From IMG/VR virus record IMGVR_UViG_3300032304_003098, positions 32,001 to 96,000 of that record: a stretch of 64,000 nt of DNA, one strand, 5' to 3'. Under the pieces are notes generated by a model, which was not told the DNA's origin, made no database searches, and saw only the letters and a list, made by a program, of their open reading frames with translations. Of this stretch, positions 47,034 to 56,965 are shown one piece after another. Source of the stretch: a virus. Position numbers and translations under genes: made by a program. Position 1 is the stretch's first letter. Each line of letters begins with the position of its first letter.

Positions 47034-50000
47034 ATGACCAGTCAAGATCTTAAGTTTTTTAATAAAAGAGGAGAACCTCTAAATTTTGAGTATGTTGGTC
47101 CAACTGCGTCAGGTCCTTTGGCTGCTGTCTTTAATTTTTTATCTGACCCCACAACAAACACGCCGTCCTCAGGGTTTATGTCCTTGCAGGATTTGAATTC
47201 CAATTTAGTTTATCTTAGTGTTACCGACCAGAGCGGATTTTCAATTATTCCCTGGTTTAATTCTATTGTTACATCTTTAAGCCAAGGCACCAGGGTGGTG
47301 TTAACCTTCACTTATTATCCTGCCCAAACCTTAATGTGTGTGATTTCGTCTGCAAGTTTAAGTGGAGGGGTTATAACTTTGGTTATTTCTCAAGTTATTG
47401 GATCTCCTTTTATATCGGGCGGAACTCCAGTTTCTTGTGACACCAAATATGAAAATTTAGCGGGAGGTTATTTTAGAGGAACTGTTTTCTTTGATGAGGT
47501 ATCTGCAGGTTTATATGAGAATGAACAACTTTTTATCGTTCAACAGTTTAAAGACACATCAACCAATCAAATTTTTATAGGGTTCCCACACACTGGCGCG
47601 ACCGGATCCGCCAATCCTCCACTTTGGAGGAGCAGATGGGAAAATTCTACTTATGGAGATGTGGATGTATCAAATATAATTTTCACCTACCAGATTGTAG
47701 AAAATGATCCAGAATTAAACGGACTGCCTTCGATTTTAAATTTTCAAAATTTATCTTATCCGGTTATTCAAAATCCAAGCGATGTTTATGCCAATGGATA
47801 TATTCAAACCCCCGAAGCTGGAACTCCCTCTAGAGCGATGCAAATTAACGTTGGGATTAATTCCAACGACGTTGCTTCTAATATTTACGAAAGAAAATTA
47901 ATTTTAGAAGATATCACTTATGGATTAGAATCTCCTTATAAAATTGCGGAGATTTTATTCTATGGTCAGATCATCGGTGAAGATTCGCGGTTAGATGTTT
48001 TAACTCAAAATTTAGGACGTGCTTTTTTCGGTTCAGATTCCGTTATTTTAAAAAATCACGATCCCAACGAAATTCTACCTAACTACGTTGAAATCAACGA
48101 AAAAAGAAAAGAACTTATGGTTGCGGGGGAGGATATTTTTCCCTATATAGGCAGCTACAAAGGATTGATCGGAGCGTTAAAATTTTTCGGGTATCAGGAT
48201 CTCCGAATTAAAGAGTATTGGTTAAATTTAAATTTCGATAGGGTAAAATTACAACCTTTACAACAAAACCAAGAATTTCTGGACAATTATGGTAACACTT
48301 TATTTCCTAATCAACAATCTTTAATTGCAGATGTTTTAGACAACCCTAATTCTGGAAAATATCGATTGGTGCAAACCTATGGTCCCAACGAGGAAGGTGA
48401 ATATGTGTTGGATGTTTCCGGAGAACAGACTTTAGTACCCAGTCGAACCTACAAGAAAACTGCTTTATTTGGATTGTATTATGATATTATCAGAGCTAAT
48501 GATGAGTTGGACCCCTATGGATATCCTATCACACAAGAAACTTTCGCTTTTACCCAAGAAGAAGTTCTCCTGAAACTATTTGCTTTAAAAGAAAGACTGA
48601 AGCAATCTTATCTTCCTTTAAATGCTAGAATCGTAGACATCACTGGGGAAGGTATTTATTTTAACGTTTACAATACGAAAGAATGGACAGATTTTCTGGA
48701 TCGCAGCGATATAGAATCTGGGAACAATGTTGATTTTATTTCAAATCCGGATTTTGGATTTATTGAGGATCTAAGAGCATTTGGTATTAGGCAAGATCCC
48801 TACAGTATTCAGGCTCCCATGAATTATAACGATGTTATAGAAATTGATGTGACCGTGGCAGGCCCCTCCGGCAACGTTTTTCGTTTTGCTGGAGCTTCTG
48901 GGACTCCAACTTTTTTATTTGGTGCAACTGGGGATAATCCAACTTTCAATTTAAACTTGGGTAAAACTTACAATTTTAATTTGTTAACACCGGGTTATGA
49001 TTTTTACCTAACAACCCAATCAAATTTAACCCAGATAGATCCTTTGGGTGTTCAAAACAATGGTGCTTCTGGGGGTACGGTTGTTTTAAATGTTAATCCA
49101 CAAGAACAAAGTAATTTATATTATTATTCATCGGTTAACACAAATTCTTTGAATGGACAAATAACTCTCTCCCCTAGTTCTATTTCCGATTTTGGTAATT
49201 TAGTCCCACCTCTATTTAACAATCAAAAGTACACGGGAGAACAAAATTTGTCGATGCAAACCGCAATTTCAAACTTCTACTACTTCAAAGAGAATGGATT
49301 GCTTAAATTTTTAGGCGACTCAGCGCAGGATCCGATTCAATTTATAGATCCTTCAACAGGTGAGACGTATGCCAATCCAATTGGTATGCCTTTAATTTTA
49401 GAATTTTTAGTGGATCGCTGGATTTGGGATGAAATGGGCCAATCCTGGGATTCTATGTCACTGCCTACTTTTACCTCCCAACCCACCGCTTTAACTTGGG
49501 ACACAATTGATTTTTCAGCTTATAATGAAATCGAGTGGATCATAGAAAAATCACAAAATCAAGTTGGATCTGGTTACTATTATTCTTTCCGAGGGAACGT
49601 GCTAGATTATTATAAACTTGCTCATTTTTTACCATTTACTGGTCAATATAATGTTACTTGTTTAGTGTACGACTCCTTTAATTTTGTGAACCGCAAAATT
49701 AAGAAAACAGCTGTTACAGTTTCACCAAAAGAAATTACTTTGGATGCATGGACTCGTTATAGAGAAAATGAACTTTATATCTGGGACCAAACCATTCGTA
49801 GCTGGGACGATTATCAATCGATTTGGGAATATCCTGCAGAGGGTAAAACTTTCGATGAACTTTCCAAAGAAATCCCGCCTGAAATTTTAAATTTTGCAGT
49901 TTATGGTAATAACGGTAACGAGGGACAAAATCTCCAGGTTTATGCTGAAATCCCTCCGGTAGGAGCTTCGGGAAACTTTATCCTCAACCAAGAAATTCTA

Positions 50001-51059
50001 AATGTAACCAAAGCATACTCTCTGTTCATTTCCGGTTCTCAGTTTGGATTTTTAAATATCTTTACCTCTGTTCCCCACAATTACGCAGATGGAACCGGAA
50101 TTTATTTGAGCGGTTTTATGCCTGAGATAAACTCTCAATGGAATATTTCAATTCCTCCTGGTGCTACGGGATTCTCTTTCCAAATACCGTATGTGTTAGG
50201 ACCTACCGCTGGGGTGGGTTTAACCGGGGGTTCTGGCTCAATTTCCGGAGGTACTGCTTATTTTGTTGATCCTACCTATTGGACCAACCAAAAGGTAACT
50301 AGCACGGGATCCATCACAGTTTCAATCAATAATCGAGTCGTGGGGGCAACGTCTTCCGGAGCTAATTTGCAGTCTACGGTTAATTCCATAGTACAAGAAA
50401 TAAATTCATTTGTAACCCAACCAGATTACTTTGCACAAACTTTTGCCCCTAATGCGATCCCAGCCTCTGTGAATGTGACGACAGACACGAACACAGGCAA
50501 TATCGGCAACGGAGATACTTTGAACGTAAGTGTAACCGGATCCTTACAGCTAGTATCGGCAGACCCAGCTCTTTCCGGAGGATCTACTGGCTCTGCTTCT
50601 TATGTTGCCTGGAGTCCTTTAACGGGAGGATTCCCCGTTGAAGCTTTGAAATACTATGGCACCAAAAATCTGACTTGGGATACGTTCAACGAATCTATTT
50701 GGGACGAGGCTTACGCTCATGGATGGTATGATTTTGAATACCAAAACGGATGGCTAGGAGGATTTGAGATTCATTCGGTTCAGGTTGGAGACAACATTAA
50801 AATTAGCACAGGCAATGAAACATTTCCTTTCCCGACGGGAGTCACTTTTTCGGGGGGTGGAAATCTGATCCTTTCTCAAGCAGCTAGTCAGCTAAATGAT
50901 TCTTTGGATCCTAATATCACCAATTTCTATTACCGTGTGATGCCTTCTTCAGCCGGGAATGAACCCACAATCAGTGGTCCCACACAGACTCAGTTTACAT
51001 CCTTTTCTGTCTACGTTGTTACCCAGCCTGCTCCACCAACTGTTTTAACCCCTTGTTAA
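47034..51059 (+). CDS. Large baseplate wedge protein (gp7-like, putative)
   Basis: YIGSYKGLIGALKFFGY..LRIKEYW; follows gp6. Confidence 0.6.
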   Translation: MTSQDLKFFNKRGEPLNFEYVGPTASGPLAAVFNFLSDPTTNTPSSGFMSLQDLNSNLVYLSVTDQSGFSIIPWFNSIVTSLSQGTRVVLTFTYYPAQTLMCVISSASLSGGVITLVISQVIGSPFISGGTPVSCDTKYENLAGGYFRGTVFFDEVSAGLYENEQLFIVQQFKDTSTNQIFIGFPHTGATGSANPPLWRSRWENSTYGDVDVSNIIFTYQIVENDPELNGLPSILNFQNLSYPVIQNPSDVYANGYIQTPEAGTPSRAMQINVGINSNDVASNIYERKLILEDITYGLESPYKIAEILFYGQIIGEDSRLDVLTQNLGRAFFGSDSVILKNHDPNEILPNYVEINEKRKELMVAGEDIFPYIGSYKGLIGALKFFGYQDLRIKEYWLNLNFDRVKLQPLQQNQEFLDNYGNTLFPNQQSLIADVLDNPNSGKYRLVQTYGPNEEGEYVLDVSGEQTLVPSRTYKKTALFGLYYDIIRANDELDPYGYPITQETFAFTQEEVLLKLFALKERLKQSYLPLNARIVDITGEGIYFNVYNTKEWTDFLDRSDIESGNNVDFISNPDFGFIEDLRAFGIRQDPYSIQAPMNYNDVIEIDVTVAGPSGNVFRFAGASGTPTFLFGATGDNPTFNLNLGKTYNFNLLTPGYDFYLTTQSNLTQIDPLGVQNNGASGGTVVLNVNPQEQSNLYYYSSVNTNSLNGQITLSPSSISDFGNLVPPLFNNQKYTGEQNLSMQTAISNFYYFKENGLLKFLGDSAQDPIQFIDPSTGETYANPIGMPLILEFLVDRWIWDEMGQSWDSMSLPTFTSQPTALTWDTIDFSAYNEIEWIIEKSQNQVGSGYYYSFRGNVLDYYKLAHFLPFTGQYNVTCLVYDSFNFVNRKIKKTAVTVSPKEITLDAWTRYRENELYIWDQTIRSWDDYQSIWEYPAEGKTFDELSKEIPPEILNFAVYGNNGNEGQNLQVYAEIPPVGASGNFILNQEILNVTKAYSLFISGSQFGFLNIFTSVPHNYADGTGIYLSGFMPEINSQWNISIPPGATGFSFQIPYVLGPTAGVGLTGGSGSISGGTAYFVDPTYWTNQKVTSTGSITVSINNRVVGATSSGANLQSTVNSIVQEINSFVTQPDYFAQTFAPNAIPASVNVTTDTNTGNIGNGDTLNVSVTGSLQLVSADPALSGGSTGSASYVAWSPLTGGFPVEALKYYGTKNLTWDTFNESIWDEAYAHGWYDFEYQNGWLGGFEIHSVQVGDNIKISTGNETFPFPTGVTFSGGGNLILSQAASQLNDSLDPNITNFYYRVMPSSAGNEPTISGPTQTQFTSFSVYVVTQPAPPTVLTPC

Positions 51060-51117
51060 TATTAAAAAACTTTTCTGGTTCTTTTTGTTAGTAATATATA
51101 TGAAAAAAATAATTTGA

Positions 51118-54100
51118 ATGGCTCCTCCGGTTTTGAATGCAGGTGTTTATACACCCAATGAATCTGTGTGGTGTGTAGGTAGAAATCTAACAGTTTTTAG
51201 TGGCGGGGTTTGGTCTGCCTATGATTGGACTAACTCTGCAGTTCCTTCCAATGATCCTTGGTATTTAGACACAAGATCTATTTCAATAGATGCTGATGAT
51301 GTTAAATGGGTAGGATGTGCAGTCTCAGCCCCCACATCTCAGGTTTTGATTTTTTCCGTGAAAGGTCCGGATGCTGCTACTGGGAATTCTTGGACTTTAA
51401 GTGAATTTGGGTTGAATTCACCGGATTGGGAAGTACCCTTAATTTATGCAAGTCCTTACGGTCAAGAAGTTTTGGCTTTTATTTCTCCTTTAAATGGTGG
51501 GGTAGGAACGGGTGCTACGTGTTCTCCTGGTGCAACCGGAGGATTTCTTTGGAATTACAATAAAATAACACAAAGTTGGCAGGAAGTTTCCCCTGGTTAC
51601 ACTTGGCCAGTTATACACGACATAAAAGCTAAAGGAGAGCAAGGAAAAAAATGGGATTATTATTTAGCAACAGATGATGGGTTGCAAATTATAAATTCTG
51701 GAATTTTGATTCCTTCTGTATTACAGGACGGAACTGGGTATTTGCCAGAGTTAAGAAAATTAAATAAATTTAACTCCTCTTTAAATTCTCAAAAGATTTA
51801 CTCTGTTGATTTTGATGAAAATGGGAATTATTGGTTAGGTACCGAAGACGGTTTAACATATTGGGATGGCCAAAAGTTTTACAATTGGACAGTGCCTGTT
51901 ATTTTACCTGTTACTAAAGTTGTAGCTAGACCCAACGGTCATGTTTTTTTTAGATGTGGCAACCCACAATCTAATCCACCAACTACGAATGGCTTCTATC
52001 ATTTTAATGGTGTTACTTTCACCCATTTTAATTCTTCTAATTCAAATTTGCCTTCTGATGTGATCGTGGATTTCGACCTTGCTACAACCAAGTCTATTGA
52101 GAATGGTTTAACAACTTATTCCAATGATTTTTGGATAATTTCGGGTGATAATATTGTGTTATTTGACTATGTGATTCCTCATATTTATGCATCCAGTAAA
52201 CATGAAGGAACTACCGGATGGAATTTTTTGTATTATACCCCTTCAGCAACTGGCCCAACTTCAGATCAAGCCCTTTTGCCCAAGGTTCAGAAATACAATT
52301 GGATCTATCCATCTTGGCAAGGATACGACAATTCAGAATTGGCTGCTGCCCATCCTGGAATGGATCCTAGAAATCTTTTTCTATCCGCTGACTTTAAAGC
52401 CATTGCTAACGGAGCAGTTGAAAATCAAAACTATTGGAATTGGGGACAGATTCCAACTTACGAACAGCAAGTACAAGCCCAGTTGATTCCAGATCAATCG
52501 TGGATGATTGGAGTTACTTCTTCTTCCTCTCTGTTTGCAAATCCATATGTGGTTGTAACTTCTACTACACAATTTTCTGGATTTAATGTTGTTGGTGGTT
52601 ATCTCAACGGTGAGTTTGTAGATTTTGGACCATCAAGTAATACAGAGGAAAATTTCATTTTTCAAAATCCGAATCCATCAGGAGGCACTGCTGGTCAATC
52701 AGAAGTTGGATTTGTTGCATTTTACACTGATAAGGGTCAAGTTCAGGGAGTGATTCCTTTCAGAGGCGAAGCAAGCAGAGTTCTAGATATTAAACCGTCA
52801 CATAATGGAAAAAGTTTAATTGTAGCGGGGAATTTCACTTCTTATCTTGAAGCTGGAAAATTTGTTTGGAATACCAGGTTTCCGAATGCAGGATCACAAA
52901 CAGTCACCGGAATTACTGGACCTACTGGTGGTCCTATAGGATTTTCTAATTTGTCGACTCCAGGCATAACCGGAAGTTTTTCTTATCCTTGGATTTTGAA
53001 TTCCCCTATTTCCGGAACTGGTGTTTATATTCCAGACTCTTCACTTCTATACAGCACCACCCCAGCCTATTTTGTCGCAGAGGTTGATTTTGAACTCGGG
53101 GATCAAACAAGCTATGGTGGAATAAATTTTTCTATTCAAAGCTTGGAATCGAGATTCAATTTAAAGAATTTCAGGTACTTCCCAGCGATTAGTTCTGATT
53201 TAAACCCCAATCCTGGACCTACTGGTTTCTACCCTTCTGGAATTGGGGTAAGTGGAGGAACTCAGCTTGCTATTTCCGAAAGTTCTATTAGGTTGATGAG
53301 CAACTTTGTTGGCGGGTATTCTACTTTGAAAAACCAATACTCTTTTTCTGATGATTTACCCTCCGCACCTGAAATTTTATTTAGCCCGGTTGTTGATAAT
53401 AATTATGTTTTAAGTTCTTTCATATTAGAATTGAACCCCAATTTTTCTTTGATTAATGCACAAGTAATTATAACAACAGGAATTAATTCTTACACAAATT
53501 CTTTGGTTTCTGTACCAAATGGTCAGACCTTTCTCAGCTGTGGTACTTCTACCCAAAATTTAAATTTTGGTACTTTAGAAATTTCACACCCTATCCCCGG
53601 ATTTTCTTTTCCGTGGTTCATAATTTCAGATTCTAATTTTAAGGGTATTACCGGATCCTTTATCCTAAATTATGAACTAGATGATTATTTCATACATTCT
53701 AAATGGAATAAAACTGTCTTGGCATTCAATTCTTCAAATTCTTATTTTTTAAGTTACCTTTACCAAGGAAATTCTTCTATTCAAAATTTTAATGGTAGTT
53801 CTTATTTCGTGGAAGGAATTCCTGGAGCCTTACAACAAGGTTTAATTTCTCTTTCTCCTGGGGGAGTAGCAAATTTTGAATCATCTTTCGAAATTTTACC
53901 TGCTACTTCAACGGGTAAATACGTGACTTTTATTTCTGGTGTACAGGGTATAAGACCGGAAGGTTCTTATTATGTGTCTATCAATCGTCCATCCTATGAC
54001 ACAGACCCAATTGCAAACATACCTTCAATAGGAGATTTTTGGGGAGGAGGTAGAGTTTATAAGGTTGACACGGAAACAAAATTGATTTATATAGCAGGTG

Positions 54101-55305
54101 AAATTTCAGGCGGTTTATTACAATTTAGTTCCACCAACATGCTCGTTCCTTCTACTAATTTAAGATTTAATCCAAGTTATAGCGAGGTAAATACAATAGA
54201 TATTATTCAAATGGCAAATTCTTTGTCATTAACTTCCCCAGCGGCTTCGTGGTGCCAAAACTTAATTCATAATGGATTCGATGATTGGAGTTTACCTACC
54301 AGAGATGGTTTAGAATTAATTGTTGATAATTTATATGTACCCCAAACTGGATGGTTCAATACCACCAATATTCCAACTACAACAAGAGTTTGGAGTAGTA
54401 ATTCTTCATCTAATGCTGGCGCTATAGTCGTTAGATTCAATTTAGATGGCTCTTCTGTTTTAAATGCTTTAAAAGGATCTACCCAGTTTGTAATTCCAGT
54501 CAGAACACAGTCTTATGAATTTTCTTCAGCTAATACTATCTTCAAAAGAAAAATTAGTGGAACTCCAATTCAACAATTAGACACATTTGTCCCTGGTACT
54601 ACATCACACCAGAACTACTTCTCATTTTCCGTTGGTGAAAATTTTAATTTACTTATTTCTGCAGGGGCAAGTGGAGCAACCGGTCCTAACGTTATACCAT
54701 ATCCATTTTCTTCAAACCCATACAATTTTATTTGGTATGGTCAAAATTTTAATTCTCCCGTGGGAGTAGATGCGGGAAACATAGTTTCCCGGGCTGGGTC
54801 CGGAGCTTGGACTTGGGTTGATGTTCACAATTCCAATAACCAATTGTATGTTCCCATGCTTTCCACCGTGTTTTTTTCTAATTATGATTCAGAGATTTTT
54901 GGTAAAAATAACAATAGATGGGTTCTCAGTGATGCTAGAACTGGACAGGTAATTTTAGATGTTAAATTTACCCCTTATTTCATTTACACTTTCACTGAGT
55001 CTGGCTACTACTCAATTCAAAATTCGGTGGAAGATTCAGCCGGAAATGTTTACGAAATTTCAAAACCCGCATTCATCGCAGTGGTCAATCAATCTATCCC
55101 GCAGGCAAATGATCCAAATCCTTTGTTTGTAAACTCTGCTGATTATGGTTTTATTGCACCAAATAGAGATTTTCAATCTCAAGCCGCAGATTTAGATAGG
55201 TCTATTTTCCAGGAACAACTGGCAATCAGATCTCAAAACATGACTGATTTTGGGTCTGGTCTCAATATTAAAGATGATGAAAATTCAACTTTTAGAGAGA
55301 GATAA
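51118..55305 (+). CDS. Tail fibre/receptor-binding protein with beta-propeller, DUF1566-like and PKD-like modules
   Basis: FDENGNYWLGTEDGL propeller repeat; GFDDWSLPT...WSS; YTFTESGYYSI; AATATATA at 51093. Confidence 0.65.
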   Translation: MAPPVLNAGVYTPNESVWCVGRNLTVFSGGVWSAYDWTNSAVPSNDPWYLDTRSISIDADDVKWVGCAVSAPTSQVLIFSVKGPDAATGNSWTLSEFGLNSPDWEVPLIYASPYGQEVLAFISPLNGGVGTGATCSPGATGGFLWNYNKITQSWQEVSPGYTWPVIHDIKAKGEQGKKWDYYLATDDGLQIINSGILIPSVLQDGTGYLPELRKLNKFNSSLNSQKIYSVDFDENGNYWLGTEDGLTYWDGQKFYNWTVPVILPVTKVVARPNGHVFFRCGNPQSNPPTTNGFYHFNGVTFTHFNSSNSNLPSDVIVDFDLATTKSIENGLTTYSNDFWIISGDNIVLFDYVIPHIYASSKHEGTTGWNFLYYTPSATGPTSDQALLPKVQKYNWIYPSWQGYDNSELAAAHPGMDPRNLFLSADFKAIANGAVENQNYWNWGQIPTYEQQVQAQLIPDQSWMIGVTSSSSLFANPYVVVTSTTQFSGFNVVGGYLNGEFVDFGPSSNTEENFIFQNPNPSGGTAGQSEVGFVAFYTDKGQVQGVIPFRGEASRVLDIKPSHNGKSLIVAGNFTSYLEAGKFVWNTRFPNAGSQTVTGITGPTGGPIGFSNLSTPGITGSFSYPWILNSPISGTGVYIPDSSLLYSTTPAYFVAEVDFELGDQTSYGGINFSIQSLESRFNLKNFRYFPAISSDLNPNPGPTGFYPSGIGVSGGTQLAISESSIRLMSNFVGGYSTLKNQYSFSDDLPSAPEILFSPVVDNNYVLSSFILELNPNFSLINAQVIITTGINSYTNSLVSVPNGQTFLSCGTSTQNLNFGTLEISHPIPGFSFPWFIISDSNFKGITGSFILNYELDDYFIHSKWNKTVLAFNSSNSYFLSYLYQGNSSIQNFNGSSYFVEGIPGALQQGLISLSPGGVANFESSFEILPATSTGKYVTFISGVQGIRPEGSYYVSINRPSYDTDPIANIPSIGDFWGGGRVYKVDTETKLIYIAGEISGGLLQFSSTNMLVPSTNLRFNPSYSEVNTIDIIQMANSLSLTSPAASWCQNLIHNGFDDWSLPTRDGLELIVDNLYVPQTGWFNTTNIPTTTRVWSSNSSSNAGAIVVRFNLDGSSVLNALKGSTQFVIPVRTQSYEFSSANTIFKRKISGTPIQQLDTFVPGTTSHQNYFSFSVGENFNLLISAGASGATGPNVIPYPFSSNPYNFIWYGQNFNSPVGVDAGNIVSRAGSGAWTWVDVHNSNNQLYVPMLSTVFFSNYDSEIFGKNNNRWVLSDARTGQVILDVKFTPYFIYTFTESGYYSIQNSVEDSAGNVYEISKPAFIAVVNQSIPQANDPNPLFVNSADYGFIAPNRDFQSQAADLDRSIFQEQLAIRSQNMTDFGSGLNIKDDENSTFRER

Positions 55306-56007
55306 TTATTTAGGTCGTTGATTTCCAGTTCCTCCGACTAATTTATATTTCCATTGTTCGTATCTTCTCACGATTTCTTTGAGGATCTTGCTTCTCACAA
55401 TATCTTCTTCTCCAAATCTAAATTCACCCACTCCCTCTATTCCTTGAACTAAATCTACAAAGATAGGCAAGGCTACTTTTTCGTATGAAATATCGTGTTG
55501 AGTGATGTCACCTGCCACCAATACTTTAGATCCGTCGCCAACTCTGGAAATATACAACATCAGTTGTTTCATGTCGCAATTTTGTGCCTCATCCAAGATC
55601 ATCATAGCTCGATCAAAAGTTGCTCCTCTCATGTATGCCAAAGGTCTGAATTCTATAATTTTTTCGGAAATCAGCTGACCTAATTTTTCTTTGGTGATAA
55701 TCTTCTCCATGGTAATTAAAAAACTTTCCATGAAAGGAGAAATTTTTTCACTGACGTCTCCTGGTAAGCTACCTAATTTTTCTCCGGATTCTTGAATGGG
55801 TTTAGTGAAGATTATCTTCTCGATTTCTCCTTTTTGTACCATCTTTAAAGCTGCATAGCATGCTGAAAAAGTTTTGGAGGATCCTGCTGGTCCCCAACAA
55901 AAAGTTATGGTATTTTCAGTAATACAGTCGCAATATTTTTTTTGTTTTGGGGTAAAATTGATTTGATGAAAATCTTTGGGCGTTAATCTACTTTTCGTTG
56001 GAGGCAT
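55306..56007 (-). CDS. phoH: PhoH-like ATPase
   Basis: GPAGSSKT, LGSLPGD, PLAYMRGATF, ILDEAQN, GDITQHD, DIVRS. Confidence 0.95.
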   Translation of the reverse strand: MPPTKSRLTPKDFHQINFTPKQKKYCDCITENTITFCWGPAGSSKTFSACYAALKMVQKGEIEKIIFTKPIQESGEKLGSLPGDVSEKISPFMESFLITMEKIITKEKLGQLISEKIIEFRPLAYMRGATFDRAMMILDEAQNCDMKQLMLYISRVGDGSKVLVAGDITQHDISYEKVALPIFVDLVQGIEGVGEFRFGEEDIVRSKILKEIVRRYEQWKYKLVGGTGNQRPK

Positions 56008-56030
56008 ATTTTAGTGTTGTTAATTGTTTT

Positions 56031-56040
56031 GATATATATT
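56031..56040. promoter_or_regulatory. Bidirectional late-type motif GATATATATT
   Basis: GATATATA on + (22 nt to ATG 56061); AATATATA on - (25 nt to phoH ATG). Confidence 0.55.
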
Positions 56041-56060
56041 CCAAATTAAAATTAGAAACA

Positions 56061-56951
56061 ATGTCAACCGTAAGTACAACATCAATTTTAGGTTCAGATT
56101 CCATTTCGGCTTCTAGAATTACAATCAACTCAAACTTTTTACTTCTTGAAAATTGGATCAATCAATACGTGAATGTATTTGGAATTGATTCTGTCAATGG
56201 AATTTTAGACCTTTCTAATTCCTCTACTGGTAGGATTTCTGCTAAGACAGGAAAATTTGATCAAATTATTGTTCCAGTAGGGGGCACAGCTTTAGCCCAA
56301 ATTAATTCAAGTGGTTCTGGGCAATTTGTAAATATTTCTACCACGACTCTAACTGCAAGTGGAGCCAGTCTTTTTTCCGGAACCCTAACTTCTAATAATG
56401 TTGTTACTTTGAATTCGACAACTAATTTATTTGCCACTAATAACAATCTTAATGGAGCGTTTACTTTGTTACTTTCTGGTCATTTCGTCAGTCAAAATTC
56501 TATTGGTGCTTCGGGAGCGACCGCTGGTCAAGCTTTTTCGGATTGTACATCTGGAGGGGGCGGAAGAGTAACTTCTGTATCTGTCCCTTATGTTTTAACT
56601 GGTCTGGAAGATGTTATTTATGCTAACTGCGCGGGTGGATGGTTTATGTCTGTTGGAACAACAGGAGCACCTGCTTCCCCGTTGGTGCAAGGTAGCCGAA
56701 TCACAATTGTAAACACCGCTTGTACCGGGGGTTACATAGCTACCGGCTTACAAAACTCTAATGCTTACTATACTGGATTTAACACGAATGCTTCTTATGG
56801 AAATTTCCCCTCTTTGGGAATTACCTGTAATCCTGGAAGACCTTATCAGTCTGCTATTACATTACAATGGGAACCTAGAATATCGCAGGGTACAGGAACT
56901 CAACAAGGATCTTGGGTGGTTCTTTCTGCCTCAAATATGTCTTGGTCTTAA
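56061..56951 (+). CDS. Virion structural/fibre protein
   Basis: DSISASRITINSNF N-terminus typical of fibre-like proteins; S/T/G-rich. Confidence 0.65.
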   Translation: MSTVSTTSILGSDSISASRITINSNFLLLENWINQYVNVFGIDSVNGILDLSNSSTGRISAKTGKFDQIIVPVGGTALAQINSSGSGQFVNISTTTLTASGASLFSGTLTSNNVVTLNSTTNLFATNNNLNGAFTLLLSGHFVSQNSIGASGATAGQAFSDCTSGGGGRVTSVSVPYVLTGLEDVIYANCAGGWFMSVGTTGAPASPLVQGSRITIVNTACTGGYIATGLQNSNAYYTGFNTNASYGNFPSLGITCNPGRPYQSAITLQWEPRISQGTGTQQGSWVVLSASNMSWS

Positions 56952-56965
56952 TAAAAATATCATCG

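Noticed and set aside
51118-55305. Diversity-generating retroelement
   Set aside because: No reverse transcriptase or template repeat seen in the window
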